Shown here: piece by piece, positions 41,640 through 57,232 of the stretch
How the letters are laid out: every line of letters begins with the position of its first letter
Numbering within the stretch: position 1 is the first letter of the stretch
Source: Chrysomallon squamiferum
Lineage: Eukaryota; Animalia; Mollusca
DNA: 64,000 bases
Direction: 5' to 3'
NCBI GenBank assembly: GCA_012295275.1
Contig: CM022665.1
Span: 8,990,001-9,054,000 of the forward strand
The notes under the pieces: generated by a model
Told to the model about the DNA's origin: nothing
Databases searched by the model: none
The model's input: only the letters and a program-made list of their open reading frames with translations
Made by a program: the position numbers and the translations under genes

Positions 41640-41688
41640 GGCTTCACTTCCGAAATACATTGTCACTTCCGGCATGTGAAAAAAGAAA
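41640..41688 (+). promoter_or_regulatory. Probable TATA-less, ETS-type promoter and 5' UTR of the ankyrin-GH20 gene
   Basis: CACTTCCG at 41645 and ACTTCCGG at 41665-41672 just upstream of aaaATGg, within a locally CpG-rich patch. Confidence 0.5.
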
Positions 41689-41785
41689 ATGGGAACAGTA
41701 TCAGAAACGGTAGATCAACTAAAAAATGCTATTGATCGAAACCGAACAGATGTTATTTGCACTGTGATTTCGACATGGCAAAAAA
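41689..41785 (+). CDS. ANK-GH20 exon 1
   Basis: ATG...AAAA|gtaagg; MGTVSETVDQLKNAIDRNRTDVICTVISTWQK. Confidence 0.8.
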
Positions 41786-42188
41786 GTAAGGCCTGTACAC
41801 CGTGCATATTGATAGCTTACATTGTTACCCGTAAAACTAGGCATTAACTGAAGTTAGAGACAAGTGCCTTAAGTGCATTCATGAAATGTGTTTTGACATT
41901 TCTTTTCGTATTACACGATGACGGTGTAACTGTAGTGTATCATTCGCATTCAGCCTCTGTTACTCAAGGTCCAATCTGTTGATACTGTTGCATATATTTA
42001 TATTTATTTAATAATCATTATTATTACTCATTTTACTGAATTATAAATACCAGTTACAATAATGTGCAAAGTACCCAACCATCGCCTAGCCTGTACCGGG
42101 ATTTGAACATCGATTATTTCGGTCAGCGGTCAGGGTCACTAACCACTTGAACATATCCACTTTATTTATTTATTTATTTATTTATTAT

Positions 42189-42275
<87 letters not shown>

Positions 42276-45200
42276 TTTTTTAAGCAAATTCTGAAATTAT
42301 ATTTAGTTATGTTTCTTTATAGGAAATTTTAAACTATTATAACTGCAAAACAATTTAATTAAACGTTAACATCTCTTTGAATTTGGTATTACTTGAGTCA
42401 GATAACTAGTAACACTATTATTAAGGAGACATAAATGTAAATTGATATTATATTATGAGATATCTTTTTAAAAATTATTTTTGAATGACAGCACTCTTAA
42501 CAATACACTGTTAGAAGTTTACACATTTATACTATTTTGCCTTTATTTTTATTTTTTAACTTTTATTTTTTCACATTAAGTATGCTATTTCAGGTTCAAC
42601 TGATACTGATTTGTTGGATCACTGTTTGAATGAACCATATGTTGCAGATGGCACACTGCTGCATTATGCAACAAAGGTATAATAATAATAATATAATTTA
42701 AAAAATTATGTTACTGTTAATATAAAAATATATATATGCATGCATGTACAATTAATTGTAAGTAATGTATATATTGACCATATTATGCAGTGAATAAGAA
42801 AATATCAGTTTCACATGTATGTTAATTTTTCTGAACCAGTTACATATTTTCTGATGCAGCTGCAACTATATAATTTAACTGTAAATGTATTCGAGAGAGA
42901 GACACGTATATTCTCAAACATGTGTGTGTATATTTTTATCACTGACAAATAACCAGTTGAAAATATTTTTTTCTGAATTCCATTCATAACATGAAATACA
43001 ACAAATAATATTTATATAACCAGATAATAATTAATGTAAACAAACAACAAACAAAACAACAACAAAAAAATCCCAACTCCAGAACATCTCCCAAATCCCA
43101 TCTCTTCATTAACCAGTAAAATTTAAGGGATCTGCAATTTATTTTCATCATATATTCTCTATAAATAATAAAACAGAAAAAGTTTGCTATTCAGATTTCA
43201 TTTTTGATGCATAATATAATGTTCTAAAAGACAATGATTTCTTTTCTTCTTTGTTACATATAGCTAGAGAGAAATGACATAGTCAGAACACTGCTGGCTT
43301 CAGGTGCAGATCCTGGAGTTCAGAACAGTCAGGGTAAGTTACCTTTGGATTTGGCTTCTGATCAGATTAGATCAGTCTATAATGAAGAACTTCTGCAGGC
43401 TACAGCTCAGTCTAAGTAAGTTTATTTTAAAAATATCCATCATTTAAATAATCTTTTGTTATGGAAAATCATGATTGTGACACTAAAAATGTGTCACAAT
43501 TTAACCAGTTTTGATGACCTGAGATGTTATGTTCAGTAATGACATTTTTTGTAAAATATTAAGTATAATTATAATGATTATGAAGTTATGGTGTTTTGTT
43601 TTTTGTCAGTTTGTAGTAGACACAAATAGTAAAAAATAATTTTAAACATTTTCCATTGATTGATTGAGTTGATTCCACAAACAGTCTTTGATAATAATAA
43701 ACAATACATAAAAACCTCATGATTTCAAACACAGAAAAAAATAATAGGTGAAATTTACCAAAACATTGCAATTATCAGTTTATCAAGTTTTGTTTTCCAT
43801 ATTTACATGCATGAACAAAAACAAAAATATCACAATAAAATGGAAATATTTCCATCTCTATGCATGCTTGTGTCTTGTTTTATTCATTTATTTACTTATT
43901 TATTTTATTTTTATAACAAAGACTGCTCTTAATAACACCGCCTGATTCCCCCAAAAATCTGTTTTTGATATAACATTTAAAATGTATAAAATGAATATAC
44001 ATGTTAAAATATTATTATGATATTCAGTGTTGGGAGAGTGTGTCAATTGTTGGCTGCTGGTGTGGATATAAATCTGACTGACAGTGATCAAACAAAGAAC
44101 ACACCAATACATTGGGCTGTGAGCTATGGATCTCGTGACATTGTTCAGTGTCTGGCTTGTGAGTATACAGTATTTCATTGTCATTAAATAAATGAAATTG
44201 TTTGCCATCACAAGAAAATTTATTATATTATTTTGGGATGATGAAACTTGATATTTTCACAATTAAAGAGATAAAATTATATGTTTGAATTTTATAAATT
44301 CTGGTTCATCCGTTATTTTGTAATTCTTTTTATTTCAAGTTACGTAATATTCAGGTACATTTAAATATGTTTTAAATTTTTTGGTGTGTATTTTTTACAT
44401 ATATATTATATTTGTGTGTGTGTGTTTGTGTTTATATATATAAACAGGCTTTGAATTTTACTGTGACACCAATTGCCATTCATACTTGCCTTGGTGCCTA
44501 AATATTTGGATGATCTCCAATAAAACTCAGTTACTGCCCTGCCCATAAATCCCATTGATTTACTCAGCATGACAAATAAAAAAAATAAAAACCCAGATTT
44601 ATTGGTGTTGTTTAAATATTTCACCTAATGACTTCCATCAACAGAGCAATTCCTGACCCCTTGAGGTGTGGCCTTATTTGCATAATCATGCAGCACCTCA
44701 TGGAATTATATATTATATTAATTAGATATCTCTGTTGTCTTGACAGTTAAACTAAAATAATTTAGGTAAGATAGAATTAAAAAACAATATAAGGAGCAGG
44801 AGCTAAGGTCAGCAGTGACAAGATAAACAAACTGTCAAATGTTTTTAGGTACAAGTGATTCAAATAAACATAGTTTTGATTAGGTATTGACCATAATGTA
44901 GCTGTGAGATGCGAAAACTTAAAAAAGATTAAGTTGCTTTCATGCCTTTACTTTGATGGAAATGTTTGCCTTGGTGACTTGATTTTCTGATAAAATTGAG
45001 TGTAATACATGCCTTACCCTAAAAAAATGAAATTTCAAAGCCTGTATATATACACATATATATATCACATTATTTATTATTATTTTATTTTATCTGATAG
45101 CTCGAGGAGCTGATATGAACAGAGTGAATGCTGCTGGACACACTCCACTCTATGATGCAGTTGTTCGAGGAGACAAGGGAATTGTGGAGGAGCTTTTGCT

Positions 45201-48200
45201 AAATGGAGCCAGGATCCCCCAGGATGATGGAGACAGGTAAAGAAAAATAAAACTGAATATACCAGTATTTTAAAATATTTTCATTAGAAATAAAAAAAGA
45301 TTAAAATAACTTAAAAAGATTTAAAAAAAAAAAAAAAAAAAAAAAACCAATTTGGAATATTATGTTAAAATGAATTTTCAGGTGCATGTTTTAAATTTTA
45401 TTACTCAATAAACATCTCCCCCACAAAACAAATATTTATAGCAGTGGAATTACATTTTCTACATCCAGTTTATGTGTGTATATTATATAAAATATTAGAA
45501 ACATTATAATTTTTTCTTTCAGTTTGAATGGACTGCAGAGTCTGTTGAAGCTTGCAGCAGGCAATGAAGAAATTGTGCAACTTTTAAAATCACCACCAAA
45601 ACACCTAGAAACTCTACCTGCTCCATTATCACTTAAAAACCACATAGGTTTGTCTAAAGAGAAAATGTATAATAATAAATGAGCTTTAATTCATATGCTT
45701 AGTTATTTTGAATAACTGGTTAATATAATTATATTCAACTGTCAGTATGTTTATCAGATAGTGTATTTTTTTAATTTCTTTACTGTATTTTTATTATTCA
45801 AAATAATGTTTGATTTATTTGAATGTGACCTAATGGATGGTAAAATACAGTGATGTGTATTAAATAAAGACATAAATCAGAGTCTTCAGAAAAGGAAACT
45901 GTTTTATTTTTCTCTGTTTAAATACAATTATATTAAATGCACATCTTCCTTATTTGTTTCAGTGTGGAGATGGCATATTTTACCTTTATCGTGTAATTCA
46001 TTATTAACCATGAAAACCAAACATACTTGATTCTTTTTTAACCATAAATATTTAAGTATGTCATGTAACAAATATTCTTTCATATTTTTTCCAGATTCCA
46101 AAAGGAATCTGGTACATTTTGACAGCACAGCTTCTGTTGAAAGTCTTGTAGAGTCAGACATGGTTAATGGAGTTGCAGACACAACAGAAACAAATTCTTC
46201 TTTACCACAACTCTTGTCACCTACCTTCAAAGTAAACATGTTTTAATATCAATTTATCATACAACATTATCATTTTCTGTATCTTTGCTATCATATGTTG
46301 TTATTAGTAGTTTATTTTTAGCCCTTTGTATTTGTGCTTTATATCAGATTTAGAATTATCAAAACATTTCATTATAAAATCAGTGAAACCAAAAGTTAAA
46401 GAAATTTTTTTTTATGTGCTTGGTATGATTGTTATTTAATAAATATTTCAGAAACGCACTGCTTTGTTTGATGAGATTAATGTAACACCATTAAAGCCAG
46501 TGTTAACTGAAGAAAAACTGAATCTACTCTGGCCACAGCCACAGAGTATTGTTCAAGGTGGTGGAAAACCATTTGTGATAAAAGATCATTTGAAAGTGTT
46601 AGTTGCTGGTGGACCATTCTGCAGTAAGTATTATTTTTTATTTCTGCATTTTTAAACTGTCTCATCAGGAAAAGATGGTTGTTAGAGAAATATCGTAATG
46701 GTTATGATAATTATTTTGGATGTATTAAATATCAGTAAAAAACATTTTTAAATCAAATATCAGAATATAATCAATATTCAGATGTATGGAAATCAGGATC
46801 CATTTTATCATAAATTTATCCTTGTCTTCATGTTTTTATTTAACATTATATCACAAGACAAACTGTAGATTGAATGAAAGAAAGAAATATTTTCTGTTTT
46901 TACTTACTATGTTGAGATGAAGACAAAATGAATTTTCTTTTGTTTTAATAGCTGTTATAAAACCGTAACTGGATACAAATTCAAAAGGTAATTAGAAAAG
47001 AAAAGAAAAATCTAAATGATCTAATATATTGTAACCAAATCATTTTGTGTCACTTAAGGACAGGTTAAAAATACTACCAAAATTTCTGATCCTTGTTTTT
47101 TTTTAAAATATTGTAGAGAATTCAGAAATAATGTCAGTTTGGGATAAACGTAGACAGTATTTTGAGTCTGTCAGTGTGAACATTTCACTGGATGTATTCA
47201 CTCCAGTAAACTGTGGTGATGCTCCTCATGTTGTGTGTCATGTCAACTCTCGACTCTGTCCAGGACGGGCTTCATACAAAATTACTGTCACTCCTAAACA
47301 GGTGATCACATACATAATCATTTAGATCAGGATGAGATAGTAAACATTTAACTTTTTTTTTTTTAAATACTATAAGATTTTGTTTTTTATAACACCTTTA
47401 TTTCATTTATTTTTATCTAACTATTAAAAGTAACATTTTCTATTGGCATTGCTGAGATGGCTTTTGTGAAAGATGAAATAGTATTAGACACTTGGATAAG
47501 TAAAGGTAAAAAATTAAAACAGTTGGCCGTTTATCCTTTTCACAAATATGTTAGATGTATGCACTTTTCAAATGACATCATACTGATAAGGAAAAGTAAA
47601 AAATTAATGATTATTTAACAGTATGAAGTTTCCAGTCACTTAATGGACCGTATTGATTATTATTGATTTTGTTGTAATTATCTCACTTGACACTAAAAAA
47701 AAATAAAAAAAGGACTAAATTTATTTTCTGTAAATCTAGCATTCAGAAATATTCCAGTTCAAATGAAATTATTATTTCTTCATGCCTCATTTTAAATGTT
47801 TTTTCTGTTTTATTGAAAGCTGAGAATTATGTGTGGCACCACTGAGAGTCTACAGTATGCCTTGTGCACTCTTCTTCAACTGTTGTCACTTTATGAGACA
47901 GAAAATAACATCAGTATACCTACACTGCTGGTGAGTACAAATTTTATTTGTCTCTTAGGTTAAGGTATTAATTGCTTAATTTTAATTATTATTAAACTTA
48001 CATAACTTATAAATTTGCTATTGACAGATGTTATCAAGATAGAATTTTTTTATGCAGAGTTACTAGAAAGCAAACAAAATTTAGCCTAACATTGTAATTA
48101 TGGTTATAATGATACGTTTTTGTTTTCAGATTGATGACTGGCCAGAGCTTTCCTACAGAGGAATACTTCTGGATTTCTCACAAGGCAGGATTCCAAATAT

Positions 48201-51200
48201 GGTATAATTCCTAATATTATTTTGTGTGTGTATGTGTGTGAGTGCATGTGTGTGTGAGTGCATGTGTGCATGTTTGCTTGTGTATAAAATTGTTTGTTTA
48301 TCGATTTATTGAAATCGAAAAATGTAGCTAATATTTTTTAAAAATTAGATAATTTGAATTGCAGAATTTTAATCTTCAGTTTTTTTAGGTTTTTTTTATC
48401 TATTAATGTATTTTTATTAAAAATTAATAATAATGATAACAATTTAAAAAAAATTAAAAGAAACAAATCTTAATTATAAAACTGTATATTTGATCTAACA
48501 AACAACATTGACATGTTTTAGAATTATTTTTCTGCTTGTAAAAAAGATATTTAACAGTGGTTAAAATATTTGTTTCTAATTTACAGGAAACGCTGAAAGA
48601 ACTGCTGGATCAGCTTTCTTTGTTGAAAATAAATCAAGTATGTTCATAAAATATCACATACATTCCTAGTTAGTTTCTCACTCTAGGCACAAAAAATAGT
48701 TTTCACCAACAACTCAAACAAAGTCAGTTCTGAACTGTCACATTCATTTGTTTCTGTAGACTCCAACAGCAGAATTTATTCTTTTTCTCATGAGATTCTC
48801 CATTTTTGTAGTAGCTCTTCCAAACAACTATTTATGGATTATTTTTTTTTTAATGTTTTTTTAGTATTTCAATGAATTGAAATTTTAGCAGATGGTTGAG
48901 GAACATCAGGACATTGATAATTTATTTATTGGTGCAAGATTATTCAGGACACATTTCATCCAGTGTTTGCGAAGTATAATTATTTAAAAAAATTAATTCT
49001 CGATTACAAATCATATCATTTCCACTTTGGTTAAATTATAAATAAGAGTAAAAAATAAATAAGATCTATCAGCTTGTGCAAATAATAGACACTTAACACA
49101 TTATATTGATTAATCTGTATGAGAAAGTGGATTACTGCTGCTTATAAAAGTCCTCAACAGTATTTACTGTTTTATATATGCATGTGTATAACTAGTAGTA
49201 TCATCATAATTTTTTGTTTAATCAATCATAACTGATTTAGAAAGAAAGCTATATTAGGTAAATCAAAAATAATAAAGGTATGTTTCTTGATTTTGAGAAA
49301 TAGTTTTATTTTTCATACATCTAAATACACAAATCAGATATTTTATAATGTATACAAAATTTAATGTAATTCAGTTCGGTTTGATCTTATTAAAAAATAT
49401 GTATGTTATAACTGGTACAATATTTACTTACACATTTCCATTTATTTTCAGTTAAGTATTTATTTATTTATTTATTTTTATTATTATTATTTTTATTTTC
49501 AGATATATTTGTATACTCGTTTTCTAGCCAAACAGTCCACTGAATGGCAGTTCTGTTACTCTAGAAGGTATTAACATTCAAAGCATATATCTTCACAGAA
49601 AATGTGTTGTACAATTTTAAAAAAAAGAAGATAAAAATCTATATAAGCAAGCTGTAGCTGATTGTTAAAATGCTGACTTGAGTTGTAACAGGTTTCAGTC
49701 CTGGTCAGAGCATCCATTGGACTGTTTCCATTTCTCCCCTGTACTGTGTTACTGTATTATCAAAGACTGTAATATATCCCCCTTTTATGTGAATGTTCAT
49801 GTAATTTGTAACTGTTAATGGTTAAAGCTAGCCTGTTGAGTGGTGACATTAGTAAAAAAAAAAACAGTTTCAAGAGTTTGTTTGACATTTAATAACTTTT
49901 ATAATTAAAATTATTTGAGATGTTAAATTTTTCATGTTTCTTTATTTTCACAGCCTTTCTTGTTTGAGTTTTGTTTTATTTTTCATTATATTTTTTTTCA
50001 ATAATAATAATACAAAATAAAAATAAATTAATTTTAAAGATTTTTAAAAGTTACATTCCTTATTTTTTAATATGGAATTCATAATTTCTGTTTTCAGTGA
50101 AATTTTAGAGCTGGATGTTTTCTGTGAACATCGTGGTCTTAATCTTATTCCTGTTCTAGATGTTGCTCCAAAAGTTCAGTTTGAAGATGTTCCAAATCTT
50201 TATTCAGTGTTTCAGGACTACATTGCTTGTTTTTCAAATGCTCAGTAAGGCACATTTGACTTCATAAATTTTAGCATAAATAAAAACAGCCTTTCTTTTA
50301 AAATATTAATCCTTGTAACTGTTTTATTTAATCTTTATTAATAATAAAGAATAGGAAGAATATAAAATATTAAAGAATATGCATTTTGTTTTATTATGTT
50401 ATTTACTCACTTTGTTCATGTTTTTAAAAAAATAATAAAAAATCACATTTCTATGAAATGATATCAATGAAAAAATGAAATTTAGAAGACAAATTTTAGA
50501 AGGCTTTAAAATCTCTTTTGCTCTTCATATTTTATTATCATACATTAATTAAATGATTATTTTTAATAACTGAAAATTTAAAAAATAATAAAAAAATTAC
50601 AAAAATTAAAAATGTTCAAATCTTTAAATGTATGAAATGTTTACTTTTAACCTACAGTGTCTATTGTACTTTATATATCTGATTCAAAAGCGTAAGATTT
50701 TTTAATTTATTTTTTAAATTTTTTTAAATTTAAGGTTTGTTAGTATTGGACCTAGACTGAGCAGTTTTGTTCTTGATACGTCTGATGAGGCTGTTATTGT
50801 GAATGAATCGACCAAGTTTTTGCCGTGTGGCACTGAGAAAACACTACAGCTGTGTAGTTACCCCATCCATGACCTCAGTACTAATCTCCTTCAACAGCTA
50901 CAGCCAGATGTTATATTTTGTGAATATGGAGTGGAGGTAAGCCACATATATGTTTATAAAATTATCAGGTCAAAATAAACCCCCAAAAACAGAAAAAAAA
51001 CAGTGAAAATAGAATTGTTTGGTGAAATAATTTCGAACTCTACAAGGTAAAAATTTAATTTTTAAATATCTGAATGCAAATTTTAGTGGTATTGTTTTTT
51101 ATGTAAGTAATCATTAACTGGGACATAACATGATTTCACCTGCACATATAAACTTTATAACAAATATGTCTAAAAGCTTTGTAGGGAGTATTCATTTTTT

Positions 51201-51573
51201 TCTTAAACATTTTTAACCATGTTTTTTTTTTCAAAAACATTTTTTCAGGCAGATCATGATTTTACAAAATTCTCATCACCATTAGCAGATTTAGGGTATG
51301 TATTAATCCCTGGTTAATTTACACCCTGTAGATACACAGTATAATTTAGTTAATGATGAATTCACTCAATGAATCTCTGATTAATTAATGCAGTATAGTT
51401 TACAGTTTTAATTAATTCTTATTTAATATGATTTACATTTAGTGTATACATTTCTATCATTAATGTGTGACAGATTAATATAGGCATTAATGCTAGGTTA
51501 ATTTTAATTTTTTTCTGGGAACCATTACTAAAAACTACTGTTGTGTGACATAGAATATAGGAGTAGATTTTTA

Positions 51574-51631
<58 letters not shown>

Positions 51632-54600
51632 TTATTTTATATTATAGTATTAATTTTCTGGTCTGCCCTGGCACTGCTGCATGGAATAGGTAATGTATAA
51701 TTACAATATAAATTTTTATATTATGTATTAAATTATTATTATTTCTTTAAATATATAAATTTAAATCCATATTGTTATATACATGATGCATTTTATAAAA
51801 TTATTATCTTGTATATAATTTTTCCACACTGTGTTGTCCATTATATTCATTTATAGTTGTTTTAATTTATAAATTCTCCTGGATCTGGATGTTACATCTA
51901 AATTTTGTGTTAATATGCCATTTGCATGAACCTTCTTATTAAGTAAATGAATATCAAAATACAAATTTATTGTGTTTGTTAGTTGAAACTATATCAATTT
52001 TATTTGTTCTAAATTCTAATGTTATAACTTTCAGATAAATTATGAATGATAATAGTATTTTAATATTATAATATATTAAACTCTTAGAACTCTGTGGGAT
52101 CAGTATGCTTTAATCTAGTTTTTTTTTTTTTTTTTGTTATTTTACTTATATTTTTAATTTTGTTTTGTACACTTCAGTCTAGCTGGCTGTCCAGAAGCTG
52201 CAGTTAAAAATATATACAATGCAATGAAGAGTGCTATTTCGCTGGGTGCTTTAGGACTGGTCACTTGCAACTGGACAGGAAAGGGTCACATTACCCATCT
52301 TCCATTTTGCTGGCCAGGTTTTTTAATGGCAGCTGGTCTTAGTTGGAACTCAGACACACACTGGGTAAAAAAAAAAAAAATAATAATAATAATTTTTTTA
52401 TTAATATAACATTAAATTAAAGAAGTATGAACTATTATTATGTTTATTAAATTAATCATAGATCAGTCAGGAATTAAAATATTTATGAAAAAATAATAGT
52501 TGTCTAATCACTTTTAATGTAATTATTTTCTTATGTATTAGATTATTTCTTTATTTGGTTTGAACATTAAAACATGTTTGATGATTCTACAAGTTATTAT
52601 TTGTTTTATTTAATTTAATTTGTATTAACTGCAAAATATTTTCTAATAATAAGGTATGACTAAGTAGCAAGCTGACATTTTCATTTTATCCTTATATTAC
52701 TCCATATACATATATATATTAATATTAATATTTTAATATTGCTTTGTATAAGATAATAATCCAGTCATGATGAATCACAGAGACTTGAAAATTTATGATA
52801 AAAGGAAAATATCATTATTTGTGCTTCCTGACGAGCTTGTTATTTTAAATGTCATATTATTAGTCCTATAATCAAAATCATAATTTGAAAATAACCCACT
52901 TGATGTAAGCCTTTTATTTATAATTTAACATGTATATTGCAACAAAGACTGATTAAGTTGTTAGGAATTTCTGTTATGTTCTGTAAAATTATATCTTTAT
53001 GTACATTGAAAGATTGTTTAATATTAGAATGCATTTTAACAGATTATGTACACATATACCTACACATAGAATTGTATATAGACATATAGTTATTTCATCT
53101 TTCAGGACTTTTTAATTGCTAATTTAGCAGACTTGCTAAATCAACATGTTTACCTGGATGAGGAACAGGTTGTTGGTCAGACTGTGGTTGAACTGGGCAG
53201 AGCTGAAACCTACCTGCTTAGATGTTCAAGAAATCAGACTGGTATTATTTTATTACTGTATAGACTCCCAGAATAACCATTCGTTATTAACATAAATAAA
53301 TACATTTGAGAAAAATTTAAATGTCGTATCATTAGATGTCCACATGTGTAAAATCTTCTTGTTTTTGTTGTTTTTTCCTAAAAAGTAATCTTGATTTTAA
53401 TATGTATAATTTTGTACATAATTATTATATTCTCAACATATAAGATATTTTAAAATATTTTTTTAATTTTTATATTATATTATAATTAGAAAATAATTTG
53501 CAGTAAAAATTAAATTTAACTCATGTTTGGCAAACTTTAAGATAAATAAACTTTGATAATTTCAAAACATTTTTTAAAAAAAAGAAGATCATATCAATCA
53601 CAAGTTCCTTATCCTGATACAATAATCGACTCCTGTGTTTATTGATCACATATTTGACCTCCAGACATTTATCAAAATCTTGGATACTGCTGTTGACAAC
53701 TTTGCCAACATCTAATATAAATAATAACTCACAGTTGCTAATTTTTGTTCTAAACAACACTGACAATTATTTATCTTAGTCATTATTCAGTGATTAATAT
53801 GGTAAATTGTATTTAGGTGATGACTGCCACAATCTGCCTGATGAACAAGGCTCACTTCTGTTTCGTTTTCTTGTTCAGCCTGATAATGTACCACTAGAAA
53901 ACCTCACAGTTGACATCATCCAGGTGAGTAATGTCATCTCTGGCAACTGATAAAACAACAATAACAATAGTGTAATGTCATGAATACTTCTTATTTAACT
54001 CTTTCACTTCGTAATAGCTCCCAGCAAAATCCACAAAATGAAACTAATAGTTGCATCACTGATATCTCACAAATGGCATCGCATACTGGGCTGATGCAAT
54101 GTTTTGGAGTCTCTGGGGATGTGTCTGTTTCTTGCAGCATAATGAGATTTTTTTTTTTTTTTAAAGTCTGTGGGGTAAATATCCTTTCCACAGTTAATGA
54201 GAGTAAACATTTTTAGTTAATATATCTGCTTATTGCAAGGAAAGCATTAAAAATAATATTTCATTGCTTTGTTGTTGTTCTTTTTTATTTAGCAAAATGG
54301 TAGAAAGTCATAGTTACGTATTATTTTGTAGAATTTTGTTTTTGTTTTTCAAACAGTTTTTAGACAAAGCAATGTTTGAATATCAATTCTGTTTTTTCTT
54401 TACTGCATAAAAGAACCCAGATAGTTGATGTGATGTCAGTTATTAAAATATTACAGAATATTTTGTTAAGTAATAAAATATTATCATTTATAAAAAATAA
54501 ATATTTAATTAAATAGTTTTAATTCACAGCACAGGGATTATTATTATAAATATTAATAATTTGTTTTAATCATTATTTTTATGAAAAGCTATAGATGTAT

Positions 54601-57199
54601 AATTCTGTAATTTGGTGCTAATCAACAGTACTTGACACAAGATACTGACAGTATTATTTAAAATTCCTGTACTGAAAGCCTGTTACTCTAACTGAGAAGA
54701 AAGGGTAACTAAAAACCTGTTTATTTCAGAGATTTGTCCGACATGTAAAGAAATGTCAGGCTGTGTTAGTAAAGGCGTCAATGTTGTGTGCCCAGTCCAG
54801 TGAAATACTCAGTGAGCTACAGCTCACATGTGACATCATGTTCTTTGCTGCTAAGTATGAAACTTCATCTAATATTAATTCCTTAAATTTAATCAAATGA
54901 ACACCAAGAACATTTCTACTGTCTTAACTGAGAATGTTTCTCCTTTTCACGCACATATTAATACACATTTTTTTATATGAAAATTATTTTAGATGTTACC
55001 ATCATACTTTTTTTTTTTATTTGATTATGATATTTTTTTGTTGTTTCTTTGTTACTTTCTTATTCTTTTCTGTGCTTACTTCATATTTAAGTTTACAGAG
55101 TTATTTTTTTTCTTCAGTTTTCTTTTTTCTTTTTTTTTATTTATTTATTTATTTATTTATTTTTAATAAATAAGAAATCTATAATGAACTAACATCAAAA
55201 TAGCTTAAGGTAAACAAAAATGCAATGAAAGCAAGGCAGGAATGTTCCCCACTGATGTTTGTAACAGAAATGCAATCACATTTTTGTATTTATATCAATT
55301 AAAGTTTCATAATGAATTTTTACTTAAGAATAATACATTGAGTAAATATTTGTCCATTAGTCTAAAACAATTGGACTTGTTATGAATTTTGGTGATTGTG
55401 AGTGAAAAATTTAAAAAAATGTCAACACTTGTATACTGACAGGGTGAGCAGATGTCTTGTTTTGTCTGGAAAAAAACCAAATCAGAAGGAATCGGGGTAT
55501 GAGGTAGTGAATTTTGGAATTGCAAATCTAACATCTACAGCAAGAACAGATCTAGCAAACAGGTATTATATCTTCTCAACTGTCAAACATCACTTGGAAC
55601 AACACAATTTTAAATTACTTTTTTTATTTTCTTTCAGATAATTATTCTGCAATTATATTGTGGCCATATTATTGTTTAATTCTTGTTTCTGTTACAAATA
55701 GTTAATAAAATGTGTTGTGTTTTCACAAATTAAGTTGGAAGTTGGAAAAACACAGTTTTGATCATGTGGCAACAACAAGGTCATGCCCTCAGCTGTTGAT
55801 CTTATTGGTTCAGTGAAAGGTCGTTTAATCCTATGAATAAATGTGTGCATGTCTGGTATTGTATTTGCATGGGAGATGACCTAGATAAAAGAAAAAGAAA
55901 CAAACAAAGCACTAAATGTTGATAGAATGCTGAATGTAATCACATACAGTTTGACTATTTGATTAAAGAATATTTTTTGGAGGATTTGACAGATTTTAGG
56001 GGAAAACCATGTTGGAAGCAGAAGTAGAATACTCCTGTTATTGCACTGGGGTAGGGTAGGGAACAAGGCAGGAAAGAAATAAGTAAAAATACATCACTTA
56101 GTTAAAATGATAGTGTTTTTTATTAATGCTAATAAGATAAGAACAAAATATTTATTTATATATTTATTGTTACTGTTCAGTTGTAAAACAGGTATTCCTT
56201 GCTTTAAAAATGTTCTTACTAAAACCAGTAGATACAGTTTTGCTAAGATATGACTTTTTATTTTTCCTGTTTTTAGCAAATTAATTAATTTTATTCTTGA
56301 TATTTACCTAAATTTTGCATCTATGCCATTATCAAAAAGATGTAAAGAGATTGATTTTATTTTTGAATATTCCAAACTTAGTCCATCTGAATTAAGGTTT
56401 GTTGTACGGGTTTGAAAAAACACTCAGAATAATTTAATTATCTTTAAGCTGTTAGATCAGTCCATTTAATTAGTTGTTACCGAATAAAGTATTTTTTTTT
56501 TGTTGTTTTTTTGTTTAATTGGTGGAAGTTACACAGGGATAATTAATTATTTTATTTTTTATTTATTCAAACAAGAATCTTATTTTAAATATTAATACAG
56601 TATCAAGAGAAAGCCATTGGCTGGTCTAAATTAAGTCAGATGTATAATATAAACCAAAGAATAATGGTAGTGCAGATTCTTGATTTTTCTAAAAGATTGT
56701 AGTAACTAAAGAATAATTAAACATCTGAATTTTTCTAATAAAGATATGGTATTCATATTAACAGAATATCATAACAATGTTGATATTTTTAAGCTTGCCA
56801 AATTTGTTCAAAATCTGTTCATGGTAATTTTGGTAAATACCCTAAAATAAACCAAATGTTTTGAAAGCCATTTACTGCATTTTAAGGTTTCTACCTCTGC
56901 AGTGCATTTATTATGCAGTAACTCCCATTAGAATTGATGGATCTTCCATTATGATAAATAATAAGAAAGGAACATGCTGCTGTTTCAAGTTATGCTAATA
57001 ACTTATTTTTGAATTTTTTTTCTGACATGTGAAAACGTGACACAAATTTAACAAGAGCGAATTACTGAACTTTTATGAAAAAATAAAATACTTATAAATC
57101 AGATTAGATCAATATTTACAGTTTAACAATTGGTTATTGGTGTGGATTTTTATTTTCCATTTACTGGCAAATTCATTATAAAAGTTTCGGTTTAAAACA

Positions 57200-57232
<33 letters not shown>

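Noticed and set aside
43334-43339. Perfect gtaagt donor inside exon 3 of the ANK-GH20 gene
   Set aside because: Using it frameshifts exon 4 and breaks the GKLPLDLA ankyrin motif; the donor at 43416 keeps the frame
43900-46665. Minus-strand ORFs at 43900, 45436, 45928 and 46477
   Set aside because: Antisense shadows of ANK-GH20 exons
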